Shown: piece after piece, positions 1 through 13,318 of the stretch | Layout of the letters: each line of letters starts with the position of its first letter | Position numbering within the stretch: position 1 is the first letter of the stretch | Notes under the pieces: generated by a model | What the model was told of the DNA's origin: nothing | Database searches by the model: none | What the model saw: only the letters and a program-made list of their open reading frames with translations | Program-made: the position numbers and the translations under genes | Source of the DNA: Octopus vulgaris | Taxonomy: Eukaryota | Length of the DNA stretch: 64,000 bases | Reading direction: 5' to 3' | Assembly (NCBI GenBank): GCA_951406725.2 | Contig: OX597820.1 | Span: forward strand, 78,368,001 to 78,432,000

Positions 1-640
1 CCCGCCCTTCCCCTCCATTGGTCAGTTGAAGCTTAGAACATGTCACGTGACAGTCAGCTGGCGCTGTCTGCTGGAGCCTACCAGCGACTATTTCAGTGAA
101 AATTTGGCAGGGTGGTTATTCACCCACTGATATTCATTGACGCTGCATCGAAGGAACCAAAGAACAAAAAAAAGACAGAAAAAGGTAAAAAACGCACTCC
201 ACATCAGAGCTGAAGACACCTCCGAAAGCTGGGCGGAGGCGAACCGTCGAAAACGTTAGAGGAGTAAGGGCCGAAACCGGACGGGATTCCTCCTAGTGAT
301 GTCCTTAGCCACTGGATCTTATAAAGGAGCTGTTGAGGTAGCGAACCACGAAACATGGTCACAATTCCCCAAGATATGAAATTACTGCAAAGCAAGATTG
401 TTGGCACAATACATTACAGAAAGTGGTTGATATCGGGTATTGGAATGTGCATGGAAATTGGGTATCTCATTAGGTAACAGAACGATAGATGTATGGAAGT
501 CTTCTTTGATCAACTAGAAGCATTTAAAAGCCAGGAAGCCAAGGATCCCTGCTTTTAGATACTTCCAACTAGTGATAGAATATCGTAAGTTAAGAAGTTA
601 CAATACAAAAAATTGTAACCGAACCACAAATTCTCAGCAC

Positions 641-1442
641 AGGCGCAGGGGTGGCTATGTGGTAAGAAGCTTGCTTCCCAACCACACAGTTCCGGGTTCA
701 GTTCCACCGCCTGGCAACTTGGACAAGTGTCTGCTAATATAGTCTGAAGCCGTCCAAATCCTTGTGTGTGGATTTCGTAGACAGAAACTGTAACAAGCCC
801 ATCGTATCATGTCTATTTTCATACCAACTCTTCTCTCTCTATTTCATATCTTATCTAAAATAACTATTGCTTAACTATCTTCTCACACCGTCTCCGATGA
901 AGGGATATATAAAATATCCCGGAAACAGCTGTAATACCTTCTATTTATAAATGTTCTGAAATCTTTCACAGCTTTGGATTTTTATCTTATTCTGTAATTT
1001 TTTTTATATATACACATGCTGATATAAGACCTATGCTGAACTCCTCATTCGCATAATCACCGAGCCTGGAGCTTAACTATGGTCTGTTCATAGCTCTTAC
1101 TCAGCATTACCTGACACCATAGCATTTACTCAGTATTACCTGACACCAGCATTACCAAACTCAGCATTACCTGTCTTCTTGACACCATTACCTCTCATAA
1201 CCTATATATTTATGTATGTATGCATGTGTGTATGTATGTATTTGTGGCTGTGTTTGTCCCCGCCCCCACCATCGCTAGACAACCGATGTTGGGGTATTTA
1301 CGTCCCCATAACATTGCGGTTCGGAAAAAGAGACTGATAGGCTTACAAAGAAGAAGTCTTGGGGATCGATTTGTTCGACTAAATGCGGTACTCCAGCATG
1401 GTCGCTGTCAAGTGACTGAAACAAGTAAAAGGATGAAAGAGT
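641..1442 (+). mobile_element. tRNA-derived SINE family A, split by an insertion (head ~641-806, tail ~1240-1442)
   Basis: A/B-box-like head GGCGCAGGGGTGGCTATGTGGTAAG...GGGTTCAGTTCC and tail ...TGACTGAAACAAGTAAAAG; both recur many times in the window. Confidence 0.85.
890..937 (+). ncRNA. Degenerate type-I hammerhead motif inside a ~400 bp cassette (808-1203)
   Basis: GTCT-CCGATGA-A-GGGATAT/ATAAA/ATATCCC-G-GAAAC-AGCT-GTA-ATAC: 7-bp stem II, palindromic helix III ACAGCTGT, U4C core change. Confidence 0.65.
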
Positions 1443-1479
1443 AATGAGAAAATTTTATTTTTGTTGTTGTTTAATACGT

Positions 1480-2025
1480 GTTGTCTGAGAGAGACTATGC
1501 GACATTCGAAGGCTACCTTCACTGATTTCAAGCCCTTAGCCCCTTTTATCTCTTCTTAGAGCCTGTCGATATCACAATTACTGTGGAGATTTCCAAATGG
1601 TTAGAATCGTCCGAATTTCTTCCACAGTCAAGTATTGCAATTGCTGGAATCAGCTCTGGTACTACAAATGTATTGTGTTATGGAATATTTTCTTGAAAAC
1701 GGAGAGTTCAAACTGCCATATTTTCCTTAGTCTGGTGTAATATTCTTGGGTCACTCTATCTTTATTTACTGTAACTTAGTACGTCGCATTTTCGTCAATG
1801 CCAATGTACTTTCAACATTCTTTGTGTGGGACAGGAGAGATAGTGAGACCATTAAAGCAAAGGTTTTGTGTCTTAGAGTTTAATTTTCTCCGTTCAACAA
1901 TTAAATAAGAACATTTCTTCTGGCCAAATTCCATTCTTATGTCAACTGAAAATGCTGTTTTTAATTCCAGCTGTTTGTTTTTATTGTTAACATCTTTAGC
2001 ATAAATCTTAAGGTCATTCACAAAG
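1480..2025 (-). mobile_element. R4/Dong-like (RLE) non-LTR retrotransposon RT fragment
   Basis: ORF 1812..2021 reads NDLKIYAK...QL...FSVDIRMEFGQKKC, matching the xDDLK..FS.DI.M.FG..KC pattern. Confidence 0.75.
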
Positions 2026-2460
2026 AAATCGATGGATGGACGGGCTAACGGATGGATGGACGGGCTAACGGATGGACGAACGGGCGGACGGACGGACGTA
2101 TGGATGTATTGATGGCGGACGGTTCGATAATGGATAGATGGGTGAGTGAGTGAGCGTACAAACTAAAGAAAGAACCACTCAACATATTTGGTAGGAGTCA
2201 CATACTTTATAATTTAATAACCACTCATTCCGAAAAATACAGATTTCTCTTGGATGTCAATGACATGTCAATACATATCCTAACAACACCATGTGACCCA
2301 CATTGACCAATAACTGCTCAGTCTCCAGTACCCGCCTTCAGCTTATCTATTTCTTCTATTCGGTGGCACAAGTCATAAGAACAAGGAGTGTGTGACGAGA
2401 CAACGAAAATTTAAGTTACATGAAGGTGAATCAAACTCTTATTAAATGATAATGTGTATG

Positions 2461-2518
<58 letters not shown>

Positions 2519-2915
2519 CATACATACATACATACATACACGTGCATGTTTGGTCTTCTTCATACGAGTACTTATGTTGTATTTTGCTACTTGTTTCATT
2601 CAATCATGAAAGCAGCCATGTTTGGCCTCCAGCTTATAGGTTTTAGTCCATCACATCTGGTAATTATTATCTCCTATAGAACAGTAATGAAGCGGCAAGA
2701 CGGAAGCACAAAAATTCCTATATTCAGATGAACGTGTTTGAGTGTGTGCCTGTGTGTCTATACACATACATACACACACATACATATATACATACATGCA
2801 TATATACATACATACCTATACACACACACACATATATATATGCGTGTGTGTGACGGTTTATATATGTGACTGTAGGTTTATATATCTATACGTCTACCTA
2901 TCTATATCTGCCTCC

Positions 2916-2957
<42 letters not shown>

Positions 2958-3771
2958 GGTCATCTTCCTATTCATATATGTGTGACATTGTGCCTGTATG
3001 GGCGTATGTGATTTTGTATGATTCTGGTCTAGTTCATATATGAATACTTGTTTGAATACCAAAAGATTTGCACAGCGACATTGCTATGTTCGATTTATCT
3101 TGCATAACATAACCTTTTGAATATATGTCTTAATCTCTTATTAACTTTTTGTTTACAAATAACGCTTCAGTGATTTCAGCTAAATTATATAAAAACACAC
3201 TTCTTAAATATTCCTGTCAAAATATTTCACAATTGAAAACTATCTGTTTAAGTCGAGACTTTCTTTGAGATATTCATTAGCAAACTCTCTACACCGCCAT
3301 CTTAAATTACATCAGCCATTTTCTTCATCTTCTTCATCTTCTCTCCTCTTCACCGTCTCATCATTTCTGTATTGTATCTGCTGCATCTTTTTGATCTTGT
3401 TGTTGGTTATTATCTTCTGCTTCATCAAATTTTTGTTTCTGTCTTCAAACTCTTCAATTTTTTATTCGATGATTTCTTATGCTTCTTTTACTTCTAGTTA
3501 ATATCCAGACGTACACGTTAACCTCTATTTTATATAAATATAATTTAAACATTTTTCAATGCGAGCAAACAATTCGTAATAACGATCTTGTTCTATAATA
3601 AGATCATTCCCAAATGTACGCTACTATGAAACCATAGTTAAATTGCACTTACTATTTTATGGTCATTCATTAAACTCCATGTTGTCAGTAAGATTAACAA
3701 GTTTTACACCCTGAAGGAACCAGAACATAGAGAACCTTTAAATTCACTGTCAATCTTTGGGTTATATATAC

Positions 3772-3838
<67 letters not shown>

Positions 3839-4574
3839 TTTTTATGAGGACAACTCGAAGTAGATTAAATTATATCCAACAGCATGTAGAATGTTGATTT
3901 CAAAAGCGTCGGATACGAAAATGTCGTTGCCTACCGATGTAGATATACTTAGCTATACGCACACATATATGGACACCCGTGTGCATAGATGTACACATCC
4001 ATCCATCCATCCATCCATCCATACATACATACATACATACATACATACATACATACATACATACATACATACATACATACATACATACATACATACATAC
4101 ATACGTACATACATACATTCATACGTACATACATACATACATACATACATACATACATACATACATACATACATACATACATACATACACATAACTCACA
4201 CAATACAATTGCAATCTATGTGTGTAGTAGTAAAAATATGCAAGGCTTTTCCCAAGTTTAAAATTTGACGTAGATTGCCTTATCCACATTTCAACAATGG
4301 AGCTTCCAAACTTTGTCAGAAACCAGTTCCTTCCTCTGAGGAAGTTTATCTTGTGTGTGCATTTAAACGTGCGCCTCTTATTGTTGTGTTTAGAGCTTCC
4401 CGTAGAATATCTAATCCCATCCGCTCCCAGCATAGTGATATGGTTACTTCAGTGCTTAGCAGTTTTACTAGCTATACTGTATATCAATAGTAGTAGTAGT
4501 AGTTGTTGTTGTTGTAGTATGAGGGCATGCATAGTAGTTGTAGTAGTAGTATGCGTCGCTGCATCTACATGTAG

Positions 4575-4870
4575 GTGAATCCTTACTGCTCGTGGATGAC
4601 ACCTTTGCGCCACTCAGGTGGCAACTCATGGGTTTGTTTTGGCCCCTTTCTTGCCGGCAAAAGTTTTACTAGGTCAGAATGCAAATCCTACTCCAACATC
4701 CCAGCATCTTTTATTTGTCTTTTACTACGCGTAGAGCTAATGTTGGGTCTGTCCTTTGGTACGCCGGTGACCTAGAACACAACGTGTCATCCAGACCGGG
4801 TGACATGGAAACCGAACCCATGTCTGGCTCCGTAAATGAAACACCCGAACAACTAGGCATCACGCCGTCA
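4575..4870 (-). mobile_element. Diverged tRNA-derived SINE (family C-like)
   Basis: Reverse strand begins GGCGTGATGCCTAGTTGTTCGGGTG...CACGTTGTGTTCT, like the family C head. Confidence 0.4.
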
Positions 4871-6915
4871 CAATACAGCGCAAATTTTAAAGAAATGATA
4901 TATAAATATATATGCATTCAAGTACGTGGGCGCGTGTATGTGTGTGTACACAAATGCGATTGATTACTATAACTGCCAACTGTAAATAAGACAGTTATTA
5001 CATTTAACATAAATAAATAGAAGTTAAATATTTTGAAACAAAAGTTAAAATAAATCACTAACTACGTAGTGATGTATGTTGTCTTGGAGATTATATAAAT
5101 GCATAAATTCACTGGAACTGCCAATTCATTTCGAAATTATTCCAAGAATTATTAAATACAACCTGCAGCAAGAATTTGTCCATTTGTTGTTGAGGTTGTT
5201 TTTTGTTTGTTTGCGTTTTGTTTTGTTTTTGTAGAAGTGCTACCAAAATGGCTGACATCCTTAGCTTTATTATCATTCCAAAAAGTGATTAGTAATGGGT
5301 ACATCACTTTAACGATCATTTAAATTAAATAATTATAAATCGTGATGTAAATTAATTAGATTTTTAACCTGAGCTAACGTATGAAATATTATAATTACAT
5401 AAATTAATTACTTCAGTTACATTTTTCGATTTATTTTTCTTTCGTAAATTTTATGTTTTCTGTGTAGAAATTTCGCACAAATATATTTGATATATGCATT
5501 TATTTATTCTTCTGTTCCTTTACTAGTTTTAGTTAATGAACAACGACCATGCCGGAGCAATGCAGAGATTTTTTTCAGCCGACCAAATTTCAATGAATTA
5601 TTAACTTTAAAGATCTCTATTTGTCGAATAAATTGTGTATCTTTTGATGTAAACGATCTCGACTTGACGCACAGTTTTCCACCATTACCCGCATATGCAC
5701 TCAAATTTTTAGTCATAACAGACTTTTGCATAGCTTTTTATTATTTTATCCCTTCATGTGTTTCAGTCATTAGACTGCAGCCATGCTGAGGTACGAGGCT
5801 GAGGTACCACTTTGAAACGTTTTTTTCGAAAAAATCGACTTCTGTACACTTTTACTAAGTTAAACCCTAGTCTTTCCCAACCTATAATTTACTCTTTTTC
5901 CCCCAACATATTCTAGCATCTTGGAATTGTTGTATGTCGTGGTATGTACAGCCATCTCATAGCTATTTTCTGCTCTCTAAAATTTTGACGGCTATGAGAA
6001 GGATAGGCCTTAACAAGTATCTCAATGAAACACAAAATTATACAGGTACCAAGAAATGCTAAATTTTTGTGGAGTGGGTGGAATCAGACAAGATGGTATA
6101 ACAGTACAATAAGAAGAAAATAGAACTATCTGATGGTACACTAAATTATTGCCTAGTTGATAGGATTGTAAGGTAAGGTGAGTATCAAAAGTAAATGAAA
6201 GGATTCTAACCACTGTAACAATTTTGATGACAGAATGATGTAACGTTGAAACGACGAGGATATTGTTCAAGCAAGTACAAAGAACACGATGTTACAAGCC
6301 AACACATTTGCATACACACATATAGACAAGCATTCATACATAGTTATATATAAACATGTTTCTACATTTTGTTATACTTTCACTCCAGATGCAACAGAAA
6401 TACTGAGTTTTAGTATATTATAAATGAATATAGATTACGTAGTACTACTGATTAAATTATACAACGTAAAATTAAAATATAGAAGTAGAGTCTTGTAGAT
6501 TTTATAAACTTTGTTCAGAAGGCTTGCTAGAAATAAACGTGAGGAGATGGAGACGATAAACATTAAAAAAGTGGAAATAAGGAAGTACATATACACCATG
6601 TTCCGCATATGTATTGCTGTCAATCGCGATGATTATGTAACCAAAAAGTTAAGCAAATCAAGACACAAAAGTCTATCTAAAAACCACGAACTGATCAATG
6701 GGCCACAAATATCTTTAAAATGAAAGAATTTAACAAAAGATTCAATGTACTGAGGGAGTAGCACAATAAACCGGTAGTGAGCTGCGGCGCTCTTGTTCCT
6801 GACCTCTACAAGGATTTGAACTTGAATATTTGGCAACAATTTCCATACATAAGCAGATATACGCATATAAATATATCTATGCAGGCACCCGCAGGAGAGT
6901 GCGTGTGTATGTATG

Positions 6916-7013
<98 letters not shown>

Positions 7014-7979
7014 TCATTCACTGACAGTACGGTAGCCTTGTGTTATTGCAAGAATTTTTTATGGAAGCCTTTCAGCTTGACTGAGCTCAATACAGAAAGA
7101 TTACGAAATATTTGGCAATGCTCGTCTTCTATCACATTCTGTTAAACACTCTCCATGTTTTCTATACTAAAACTAACTCATAAATTCAGGTCTTCGCAGT
7201 CTTCATTTGCGTGTAGAACTCGTTTGACTTTATCTTTTTACAAAGGATGCTTCCATGAATAAATATTTCTAAAATATACGTAGACGCTTAGAAAATCATA
7301 CGAATAGCCACGCAGCACATTTAAGATTTGGCCAGCATACAAATTTAAAATTGTTACTGCTGTTCTTCTAAGCAAACATAAGTTATGTTATTGCTGAGTT
7401 AGCCATGCCAAAGCTGCCAGATATTCTTATTTAAAATATCAGTACGTCACTGCATCTGCTACCAAATGTTACTCTCTGTAATATTATAACAGTTTATAGC
7501 AGTAATAAATGCATCCAATGTGTTGATATGAAAATGTATGCATGGATGTATCCTAAATCGTTCTCGGCTTTCAGTTATCGCAGAATATTAATCCAATACA
7601 GAAACTAAGAGCTAATATCATTAATGGATGTGTGCATGCAACGATTGGTGAATAGGCAACAGTGAAAACAATCTATCGCAATACATCGAGTCAAAAGGAA
7701 AAGTCATCGAATCTGTGGGAAGTAGTCATACAGTGTGAAGCAAAGAAAAACACGAAGACCATGCCAGGGGGAGGAAAACGAGCGAAAACTATTAATGATT
7801 GCTGTGTCTGAAAGGCAATGCAAATCTAACAGCATCGGTAGGAAATCAATCGTGATTAGCATAACAAGCAGCCATTGAAGTCTTGTGTGTGAAAAGAAAC
7901 CTCTATGAAAAATTCAGAGTTAAACAGCTGTTCAGGAAGAAAGAAAGAACTGGGGTCTCTATTCAGATAGTAATGAATT

Positions 7980-9307
7980 GAGCTGAATATCTTTATCAAA
8001 AATAGTGAGATTATACAAAAAGTAAAAACGGAATAGACTTATCACAACACCAGTTATCAGCATCTAGATCTCTCTGAATGATGCCACCCGGCGAAATTTC
8101 AAATAAAAATGATGTTCTTTAGTGATATCTATAATATTAACATTAGCAAGGTGAAAACGCTTCTGTTCTGACAAATTACCATATTTTTTATTACTTAGAG
8201 CTAAATTCATTGATTCAGATGTCCTCAAATTTTGAAAAAAATATTCATACCATTTTTGTTTTTATTTTCCGTCTTTTGTTTGTTCGTTTTTGTAAATTAT
8301 CCGATTAAATGCAGGGTAATTTTTATCCGAATCGTAAAATTCCAAAAGGGCAGTACTGAGCATTTTATTGCGTGGGCTGCTTTTTAACTTAGGTCATTCC
8401 TTACAACAATTGCAGGTATTATATAGATCACTTTGAATATAATGGAATATTCTACGAGTAAATATGTCGTTAGAGAGACATTTGATAAGGTTTGTTTGCA
8501 ATATGTTATTTATATTACACCATAACGAAAACAAGGTTTTTTAAAGAGAATAAGCACAAACCGTATTGACGAGGTGATGCAGAAGATTAAAACATGTTTC
8601 TTTGACAGAGATGGATCCAAAATAGTTTGCCTTCGGAGATTGCGCTACATTATATGACCGCATTTGTAAATATGTATACAGAGAGATTTTACTTGTATAT
8701 TTAAAGAAAAAGAGACTCTAGAAAGCGTGGTTACGTATTATGTAAAACATAACCTGGCACACAACACTTTATTTTTTTCACTCGTATGGGAATTCATGAC
8801 ATAGACTCAGGTATACCGATTCCATCTCCAATAGTATTCGGCAAATTAAACTTGTACAACAGATATAAGCTAGCTGTAAATAAAATGGAAGTGTCGTAAT
8901 GAAATGACCTTAGCTATAAAATAACCCCAAGCTCAAGTCCAAATGCAACAAATGATAAAATATTTACTGTTGTTCTTATGGACTTCTGCGATTCGGATAA
9001 CACTTTACATTATTAATATGATAAAATACTTTTTAAATCAATAATTTATACATAAATGTCAAAATTTTATGACATCTGAATTAATTAATTTAGCTCTAAG
9101 AAATAAAAGAAAATGGTAATTTGTCAGAATAGAAACGTTTCTATCTCGCTAAAGTTATTCATATCACTAAAGAACATCAATTTTATTTGAAATTTTGCCG
9201 GGTGGCATCACTGACAGAAATCAAGAAGCTGATAACAGTTTTTATAACGAGTCTGTTTGAATTTATTTTTGTACAGACTCATGACTTTTGATGAAGTTAT
9301 TTTCCTC
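7980..9307. mobile_element. Old fold-back DNA transposon with ~250 bp imperfect TIRs (7980-8235 / 9059-9307)
   Basis: TGATGCCACCCGGCGAAATTTCAAATAAAA...TTCTGACAAATTACCAT recurs inverted; termini GAG...CTC resemble Sola2/Sola3; no clear TSD. Confidence 0.75.
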
Positions 9308-9449
9308 AGTAATACGCACATCCAATATAGAACACATTTCAGAGATATCCAATCTAGTCAGCATGATTATGTAATTAAAAAGTTTGTTTTGCAACCATAC
9401 GATAACGGTTGGAATCTACTGCGAAGTATCTTGGACAGTTATATTCTAC

Positions 9450-9975
9450 TGTAACCCTAGAATCGGTAATGGATTTTGTGGAATTTGACAACAATTGTGT
9501 ATGTGTGGATATATATAACTCCATCGTTTTATCATCAGAAATCTATACCAGCGAGATTAGGAAGAGCTCAGTGGGGATAGAGAGAACTAAGTGTATTCCA
9601 TCAAAGGTGTCTCGGAATTACCCTGAATGTCACCTAACGAGACCGTGTCACAAATGAAGGGATTCTCAGGTGGGAAAGGTGCAGCTCGAAGGTCACTTCG
9701 CAGCGGACATTTCAAGGAAACCCGAACACAGTCAGCATTTTGTGCAAGAGCAGCAACCGGTCGAAACCGAAGGAAGAAGCTCGCCGCGCAATTCGCTGAG
9801 CTGTCCATGAGAATCTTAAAGAAATGAATACACATGTAGGTAGATTTGTGTGTCGATATGTGCATTCGCGAATTTGTGTAATAACGGTGCACAGTGTTAC
9901 ATTTCTTTGCGCCAGCATTTCGAGAAGCAAAATTGATTAAATAAGTATGAAACTGAAATAAATGTTGGGGTTAAT
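9450..9975 (+). mobile_element. Possible solo LTR
   Basis: Starts TGTAACCC, ends AATAAA...GGGGTTAA, GC-richer than its flanks; no TSD seen. Confidence 0.2.
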
Positions 9976-10120
9976 GAGGTCGACAAAAAACCATTAAAAG
10001 TGGTGTTTCCTTATGGCTACATTCCAATAAGTGAAACCCGAAGAAGGTATACATACACACAAACAAATGTATATATGTATGTATATGTGTGAGTGTATGC
10101 ATGTGTGTGTATATATACAT

Positions 10121-10203
<83 letters not shown>

Positions 10204-10293
10204 CATATATAAAAATATAAAATGGCAACAATTTTCCCATCGCACCCTATACATACACACACACGCGCACACATATATATCATGTATGGTATA

Positions 10294-10325
<32 letters not shown>

Positions 10326-10508
10326 AGTATTCTTTTACTTGTTTCAGTCATTTGACTACGGCCTTTAGTCGAACAAATCAACTTCAGCACTTATTCTTTG
10401 TAAGTCTTGTACTTATTCTATCGGGCACTTGGCCGAACCGCTAAGTTACAGGGAAGTAAATACTGCAACATCGCTTGTCAAGCGATATATATATATATAT
10501 ATATATAC

Positions 10509-11390
10509 TCCACTCTTACCACCTCCATTCACTACAAACACACAGACTCACACTCATACCTCAACTTCTCTTCCTCCCACCCAGAACACACCAAGCTTTC
10601 CATCTCCTATTCCCAATTCCTCCGTCTACGTAGGCTCTGTAGTGACGACCATGACTTTGAGACTCAGTCTCAACGTATGGCTCACCACTTCACCCTACGT
10701 GGATACCCCCTCACCACTATCCACACCGCCCTTGCCAGAGCACGGTCCGTGGACCGTGTATCTGCTCTCTCTCCCCGAACCCGCCCTGTAGTCTCCCGCC
10801 TCCCTTTTCCCCTCACTTACCACCCCACAACCCTACGTCTCCAACGCACCATTCTTCGAGCTTTCCGTCATCTCCAGTCCGACCCGTCCACTTCACACCT
10901 CTTCCCTAACCGACCCCTCCCCTCTTTCAAACGAGCCCACAACCTTCGAGACCTTTTGGTCCATAGCTCCTTCCCTGACCCTACCTCCCAACCCGGCTCG
11001 TTCCCCTGCTCCCGCCCACGTTGCCGCACTTGCCCTTATCTCTCCAACACCACCCTCCTCACTAGCACCCACCATCGACCCTATCCCATCATCCACTCCT
11101 TCACCTGCACCTCCAGCAATATTATCTATTGCGTCTCTTGCTCTCTCTGCCATTCCTTGTACATCGGACAAACGGGACGCCGCTTGGCTGACCGGTTCGC
11201 GGAACACCTTCGTGACATCCACTTTGCGAACGACACACCGGTCTCACGCCATTACCGCTCCACCGGTCACTCCTTGCAACACCTATCTGTGTTCGGTTTG
11301 TCCTTACACAGAGGCCATCCGGATTCCCGTTTGCGCCGTGAACAGCAATTAATCTTCTCTCTTCGCTCTTATAACCATTTGGTCTCAACT
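10509..11390 (+). pseudogene. PLE RT thumb plus GIY-YIG endonuclease (partial)
   Basis: YKHTDSHSYL..SSHP..TK.SISYSQFLRLRRLCS...RGYP; linker PCSRPRCRTC; NIIYCVSCSLCHSLYIGQTGRRLADRFAEH...H; probable frameshift at the very end. Confidence 0.9.
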
Positions 11391-12047
11391 CTCCCCCCTC
11401 CTCATCTAACCCCCTCTCCCCCTCCTCATCTAACCCCCTCTCCCCCTCCTCACCTATCCTTCCCCCCGACCCCTACTTCTTCAGTCCTTCATCCTTTCAC
11501 CCCTACTCCCCTTCCCTTCTTCCCTCTTTCTCCCTCCCTCCTTCCCTCTTCCCCTTCCCTCTGCTCCCTCACTCCCCTTCTCTCTCCCCCTCTCCCTCTT
11601 TCCTCCTTCCTCCTCCCCTCCTCCTCCCCTTCCTTCTCCCCCTCCTCTCTCTCCCCCTCTTCTCCCCCCCCTCTCCTCCCCCCCCTCTCTTCTCCCCCCT
11701 CTTCTCCTCTCTCCACACTACACCACACGACTTTACACATCACATCATATATGATGTGCCATACTAATACATACACCAACTAATACATACTAACACGTAC
11801 TAATACATACTAATACATACTAATACATACACCAACCCTATACATACACACGTCCAGACCTCTCATACGCACTAATAGCTGGTCATTCAACCCTATTATC
11901 AACCCTATTATCTCCCCTTATTTAGCTCTCGCGTCTCATGTTTGATCTTTGACCTCTGGCCGAAATCAGATCGCCATGTTGATTCGTTAGTTACTGCACG
12001 CATTGTTTTTCTCTCCTTCCTTCTGTGTTTTTTTTCTCTCTGTGTAG

Positions 12048-12083
12048 CTTTCTGTTGAAGAGCGTAGGCTCGAAACGTTAAAG
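12048..12083 (+). ncRNA. Minimal PLE hammerhead-like motif (A6U variant)
   Basis: CTTT-CTGTTGA-A-GAGC/GTAG/GCTC-GAAAC-GTT-AAAG; helix III reduced to palindrome AACGTT; sits in the PLE 3' region. Confidence 0.65.
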
Positions 12084-12181
12084 ACTTGTTTTATTTATAT
12101 TTCCTGAGCGCCATACTAATACAATTGTTTGTTTGTTTCCCACCTGCCTTCGTCTTTTGTCTATTTTCATAAAGCTTCCCG

Positions 12182-12221
<40 letters not shown>

Positions 12222-12413
12222 TTGCAGTATTTACTTAACGGTTCGGCAAAGTGCCCGATAGAATAAGTACAAGACTTACAAAGAATAAGTCCTGAAGTCG
12301 ATTTGTTCGACTAAAGGACGCAGTCAAATGACTGAAACAAGTAAAAGAATACTTATATATATATATATATATACCATGCATGATATATATGTGTGTGCGT
12401 GTGTGTGTATGTA

Positions 12414-13265
12414 TAGGGTGCGATGGAAAATTGTCGCCATTTTATATTTTTGATTTCGTGCATGTACGTTTTTGTTTGTTTTGGATTTTGTCGACTACAG
12501 AGTATACTGAACTAGTTGGGCACCGGCTGTGAGAAAAACAGCCTCCTGATGCAATGCACTCTGCGAGAAATTTGGAAACAGCATACTGTACTGCTTGGCA
12601 TTCGTGCCAGGAGCTCCATTACAAACAGTTCAGAATGTTTGGGAATCAATCTTAGGACAGTGCATGTACCGAGAGTGATAAAAATCAAACATCCAATCAA
12701 CATCATGGTGTTTGGAGGGATCACCAGTGAAAACAACGTTATGCCTCCATTCACTATCCCACAGGACCTCAGACTAAACACAGAAACCTACATCAAGTGC
12801 CTGGTGGATTTAGTGCTGCCCTGCATCGAAAAGGTGGCTGTTGGAAGACACTATGTCCGGCAATAGGACAAGCAGGAGAAACCAGTTATGGCTGTCAGAC
12901 AATTTTTGCGAGCACATCACCCTTAACATCTGGCCACCTATCTCCTCAGGCTGCAGCCACTTTGATTATTACATGTGGGACAGCCTTGCGAGAGAGACGA
13001 GGAAAAATCCAAAGATGAACTGAAAACAAGGATTATGGCAGCCTTCACCAACTTAAACAAGGAGACCGTCCACAAGAGTTGCAGGAGATTCCGAAGCCGC
13101 CTGGATGCCGTGAGTGACGCCAAAGGCGATTTTATTGAATAACTTTACTCTTTAGTATTTCAAGATATTTTCATGTAATTTTGGTAAATATGTCTGTTAA
13201 AATGAGATGTCAAGTTTATATTCATTCTTGCGTAAATTAGACGACAGTTTATTCACCGCACCTTG
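12414..13265 (+). mobile_element. Internally deleted Tc1/mariner-superfamily element, DD37D(maT)-like
   Basis: Imperfect TIRs TAGGGTGCGATGGAAAATTGTCG / CGACAGTTTATTCACCGCACCTTG with TA flanks; remnants KHPINIMVFGGI and WPPISSGCSHFDYYMW. Confidence 0.8.

Positions 13266-13318
<53 letters not shown>

Larger units (their letters stand above)
10508..12182 (+). mobile_element. 5'-truncated Penelope-like element (Neptune-type) inserted in (TA)n
   Basis: RT C-terminus, Cys linker and GIY-YIG coding region, then a C/T-rich spacer and an HHR-bearing 3' region; (TA)n on both sides. Confidence 0.92.
10211..12451. repeat. Inverted duplication (arms 10211-10468 and 12222-12451) flanking the PLE
   Basis: Both arms hold the same SINE-A tail with shared private variants, the same spacer and the DD37D left TIR, in mirror order. 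Confidence 0.85.

Noticed and set aside
206-260. CTGAAGA-CA-CCTCCG...CGGAGG-C-GAACCGTC hammerhead look-alike
   Set aside because: GAAA box broken, two extra bases before the stem and no stem I
641-720. tRNA-like A/B box sequences here and at other SINE heads
   Set aside because: No proper cloverleaf and always followed by SINE bodies; not tRNA genes
1098-1192. Short repeats ACTCAGCATTACCTGACACCA as a CRISPR-like array
   Set aside because: Irregular tandem duplications without unique spacers, in eukaryotic DNA with no cas genes
11390-11783. Pro/Ser/Leu-rich C-terminal extension of the 458-aa ORF and its N-terminal 34 aa
   Set aside because: Read-through into the C/T-rich spacer after a frameshift, and upstream SINE/(TA)n sequence
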